DNA from: the human T2T-CHM13v2.0 reference genome, Homo sapiens
Length of the DNA: 64,000 nt
Assembly (NCBI RefSeq): GCF_009914755.1
Contig: NC_060930.1
Reading direction: 5' to 3' (one strand)
How positions within the stretch are numbered: the stretch's first letter is position 1; every line of letters starts with the position of its first letter. Both the position numbers and the translations under genes were made by a program. This document shows, one piece after another, positions 60,273-64,000 of this stretch. The notes under the pieces were generated by a model that was given only the letters and a program-made list of their open reading frames with translations, did not search any database and was not told the DNA's origin.

Positions 60273-60510
60273 TCAGGTCTACTTATGGTGTCATAACAAT
60301 TCTTTGGAGATTTTAGGACGTGAACATATATGTATTTTTTTAACCCTTTTTAACATTTTTTCCTTTCCAATACATCTCAACCTTTAAACAGTACTACTCA
60401 GAAAAATCTACACACCTCAATCTATTCCTTCTTCTCTATGAATTGTTAGGCTAGAATAGCCGCTACCATTTAGGTGTATGGTATCTTCCGTACATCAGGT
60501 TCTTCACCCA

Positions 60511-60590
60511 TTAGGTTGGTGCAAAAGTAATTGCGGTTTTTGCCATTACTTTCAATGGCAAAAACCGCAATTACTTTTGCACCAACCAAA
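60511..60590. mobile_element. MADE1 MITE, 80 bp, near-consensus
   Basis: ttaggttggtgcaaaagtaattgcggtttttgccatt actttc aatggcaaaaaccgcaattacttttgcaccaaccaaa: 37-bp arms with one mismatch and a 6-bp spacer. Confidence 0.96.
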
Positions 60591-60824
60591 TAATATTAAC
60601 TCATATATGGGGGAATGAAGGCTCACAGAAATTACCTAACTTGCCATGTTTCTATACAAATAGGAAGTGATAAAACTGCAATTCAGATACATCTCACCCT
60701 GGATTCTGGGTGAGAGCAGGTACAATATACTCAAGACAGGGGCACACCAATGCCTCCACTTTTGCTATTGGCTCAATTGGTCAAAAGCTACCTTAGGAGT
60801 AATTTTATAAGATTAGGTTTACTC

Positions 60825-60829
<5 letters not shown>

Positions 60830-60856
<27 letters not shown>
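60830..60856 (+). repeat. Poly(A) tract, 27 nt
   Basis: Read directly. Confidence 0.9.
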
Positions 60857-61694
60857 GTATGAAATTAATCTCTACTAATCTGGAACCACTGCGTAAAAAA
60901 GTGAAGTCCTAGAAAATAAATACATTTTTAACAGTTTTTTAGAAGATCAGGTTTACTTTGGAGGGATTCCAGCACCTTAGTTGTGTTCCAGAACTGTTTG
61001 TCTCCAAATTTCTCCAGGAAGGTCAAGAGAAAAAAAAATTTATTCTAAAGCTACTGCAGGGTAGCATCAATTTTCTGGGTTCCCTGCAAAAAACCACTTC
61101 CATTCATTCTGAGTTAAAAGGACCATAACTAGGGAGAAGCCCTCCTGATGTGGCCTTTAGGTTCATACCAGACTATTAGGGAAACTGGTTCATGAAAACA
61201 CTCCCAGCGGTAGGAATCCGGGTACACCTTGATGCAGCTGCCTTTGGCTGATGCAAGAGTCCTGACAGACACTGATCTGGCCTGTTTCGCTTCCTGGCTC
61301 TTCTCATCCTGTCTTAATAATTCATTTGGTTTTACTTTCACTTACACACAAACACCCACACCACACCAGTGTATCACTAGGAGTTGTTATTAGTATACTT
61401 AATACAAATGTCAAGAGCACGTATTCTGAGCTCATCCAAAAATGGAAATGTCTTTTTCTGTGAAGAAAATATGGCTAATTCCACAAATTTTTCTTTTTCT
61501 CCTAAAAGTAACAATTAGATTGTTTAGATGCTGTATACTCTGTAACATACAAAACCAGACCTTTAAATCTCATGTCAAAAGCAGAAATCAAACACACAAA
61601 AATCAGTGAATTTATTAGCAGGATGGCATAGTTTGCAAATTACCTGCTTTCCATTTTTCTTCTCTACATCTAGTTACCGTAAAAACAGGCAATG

Positions 61695-61870
61695 CGGCAT
61701 GGTAGAAGGATTCTGAACTTGACCATCAGGAGCCCTGGAGTCTAGGTCTGGCTCTCCCACTAAACTGTCATTGTGCTACCATGGGCGAGGGCCTTAACTT
61801 CTCTGGCCTTAGTTTCTTGATATGGGAAACAGGAGGAAAGATGAACAACCAGCTTCTAAGATGCCTTGCA
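61695..61870 (+). mobile_element. MIR SINE
   Basis: ggctctcccactaaactg ... ccatgggcgagggccttaacttctctggccttagtttctt. Confidence 0.7.
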
Positions 61871-63339
61871 GACTAATCCCCTCGTTGGAGACTAGTGATC
61901 CCACCTTTGACAATGCTTCCCTACTTTAACCTTTCACTTGAACTGTGAACTTTCATTATCATTGCCCAACACCTCCATTAGAGAAAACAATCACTTGGTT
62001 ACAAGACTGACCAAACATCTGCTCTAATCTTGCAAAAAAAGAACTGAAGAAGCAGGAGAAATGGAGCACTACCACCTTTTGTGCGAAATGAAACTTGTGG
62101 TTATTTGATGCTGCTGACAAAGGACATTATTACACTATTTGGAATTACAAATTAGGCTAGAGGTAGTGTTAGATATTAAGCAGGTTCTATTTCATGGTAA
62201 TTAACAAGGATAGAAAACGACATGCTAAATCACATCAGAAATGTCTTTTGGCTGTTTTTCTTAGGTACGCCAGGAAGAACTTGAGTCACTTTTATTGCTT
62301 TTCTTATTCCTGTGCTCCTGAAGGGAGAGGGGAACAGGCAGAAGAATATTAGTCAGCTGCAATTAATTACTCACTGAATTTTCTAAGCCATGATCATCTT
62401 TCCTTTTGAGCTTTCATCTAAGTATCTTTAAGAACTTCTGAGTATTAATTATGACAACACTGTCTTGAAATAATTTTTGGCTTTGATTAAAAATTATGTG
62501 TCCTACTTTTAGTTACTCTCTTCAGGTGTGGAGCCTAAGGAATCCCAGAAGGTTAGAGTTTGGAAAGATGTTGAAGTACATCCGGACCGATCCCCCTCAC
62601 ATTTTACAGTTTTTGAGACTAGAGAGGTTAAGAGACTTGCCCGATTTCACCCAGCTAATCAAGAGACAGATTTAGCCTAGAATGAACCACATCCTGTTCT
62701 CCAAGGCCTCATTTGAGCTTGTGCCAAAATAACATATTTCATAATAATCTTGTAACCACTCACCTCCTAAGTTACTTTAAAAAAGTAATTTATGGATAAC
62801 TTCCTCAGACACAAGGCCAGCATGTAGGTGGAAATGCCTGCTGCCATTTAAAGATGATCTGAGGACTTACGTGAAACATATTTCCCTTCCTGAAATTTTC
62901 AGTATTTGTGATATAGGCTAAAATTCGGGCAATCAAGATTAGGTTAATTATCTCTACATGGCAAGTTATTTTGGAGATGAATGAGATGAACTGTGTTCAA
63001 ATGCAAGAAAGCAGCCCCTAAACCTTAAAAAGTCCACTTTATCTAGCTAGTAACATTAAAACATTAAAACCTGGGTTCAAGCATTATGCCATCTGTGAGG
63101 GATAGCAAAAACAGGTGAAATAGCTTCTTTTCTTAATGTCACCTACAGTACCTAAGTTTCTCTAGGGCCACTGAGCGGTGTGGGAACGACATAAAAGAAT
63201 GATTGTGGGTGAGAAAGAAACAGGAAATCACTGAGGGGGTGCCTAAAGAATATTTCTTATTAATTCACAATATGGCAGAGGTCCAGCCTTCAAATGCAAT
63301 GCTTATCTCAAGGGAACACCACACTGACATAGTTCAAAG

Positions 63340-63540
63340 TTGGGCCTTGAGAATCAGAACAGGCTCCTCCACTTGACACTCATGAGACCCTGGGCTTGTT
63401 ATTTCACCTCCTTAAGCCTCAGTTTTCTCATCCATAAAGTGGGATAACTGCCCCCCACCACAGAACTGTTGGGAGAATTAAATGAGATAATATATAAACA
63501 ATGGTGATGTTAGTCATCAGAAAGTAGTACTCAATAAATA
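63340..63540 (+). mobile_element. MIR SINE
   Basis: gcctcagttttctcatccataaagtgggataa ... gagaattaaatgagataat ... actcaataaat. Confidence 0.85.
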
Positions 63541-63713
63541 CACTCAAACTTGCTTCAAGACAATTGGCCCATCTTTACTCCAAGTGGCTGTTAATGGTTT
63601 ATGTTGTTGTGAAGCACAGAGATACTCATGGAGCATCCTTTTCATGATGCTATTTTTCTTCTCCCCTAAAAAGCTGTTTTAAAATATATATATATTTTTG
63701 TATGTGTGTATAT

Positions 63714-63984
63714 GAGAGACAGGGTCTCACTCTTTTGCCCAGGCTGGAGTACAATGCATGACCATGGCTCACTGCAGCCTTGACCTCCCTGGTCTCAAGC
63801 GATCCTCCCATCTCAGCCTCCTGAGTAGTTGGGACCACAAGTACATGCCATTTCTTGATTTTTTGTAAAGACAGGGTTCTCCCTATGTTGCCCAGGCTGG
63901 TCTTGAGCATCTGGGCTCAAGCAGTCCTCCTGCCTCAGCCTCAAAAAGTGCTGGGATTACGGGAGTGAGCCACTGCACCTGGCC
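63714..63984 (-). mobile_element. Alu (AluJ)
   Basis: gagacagggtctcactc, cactgcagccttgacctccc, ending cacctggcc. Confidence 0.92.
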
Positions 63985-64000
63985 TAAAATGAATTTTTTG

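Overview
Primate (human-like) genomic DNA, AT-rich and dense in repeats. It contains one protein-coding exon: the first coding exon of ARHGAP18 (Rho GTPase-activating protein 18) on the minus strand at 22642-22754. This exon encodes MSWLSSSQGVVLTAYHPSGKDQTVGNSHAKAGEEATS plus 2 nt and ends at a canonical GTAAG donor. It is missing from the supplied ORF track because an in-frame TAA follows the donor. Positions 1-22641 are the 5' part of intron 1. About 22755-23400 is the 5'UTR and a GC-box/CCAAT promoter, and the remaining ~41 kb is upstream intergenic sequence. Repeats include about 27 Alu/FLAM copies (many with readable target-site duplications), many MIR and L2 relics, old L1 fragments, MaLR/ERVL LTRs, a hAT relic and two MADE1 MITEs. 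I found no evidence of a new multi-gene system, and the long ORFs in the track are repeat-derived or chance ORFs. The best leads are: (1) a 6-codon uORF whose stop overlaps the ARHGAP18 start (AUGA); (2) an old Alu split by a ~790-bp minisatellite (32-bp unit) flanked by an exact 56-bp duplication; (3) two MADE1 hairpins 2.6 kb apart with intact Hsmar1/SETMAR sites and miR-548-type arms; (4) a strong CTCF motif facing the gene; (5) an 88-bp collapsed MLT2A LTR. Repeat subfamily calls and the edges of old repeats were made by eye and are approximate.
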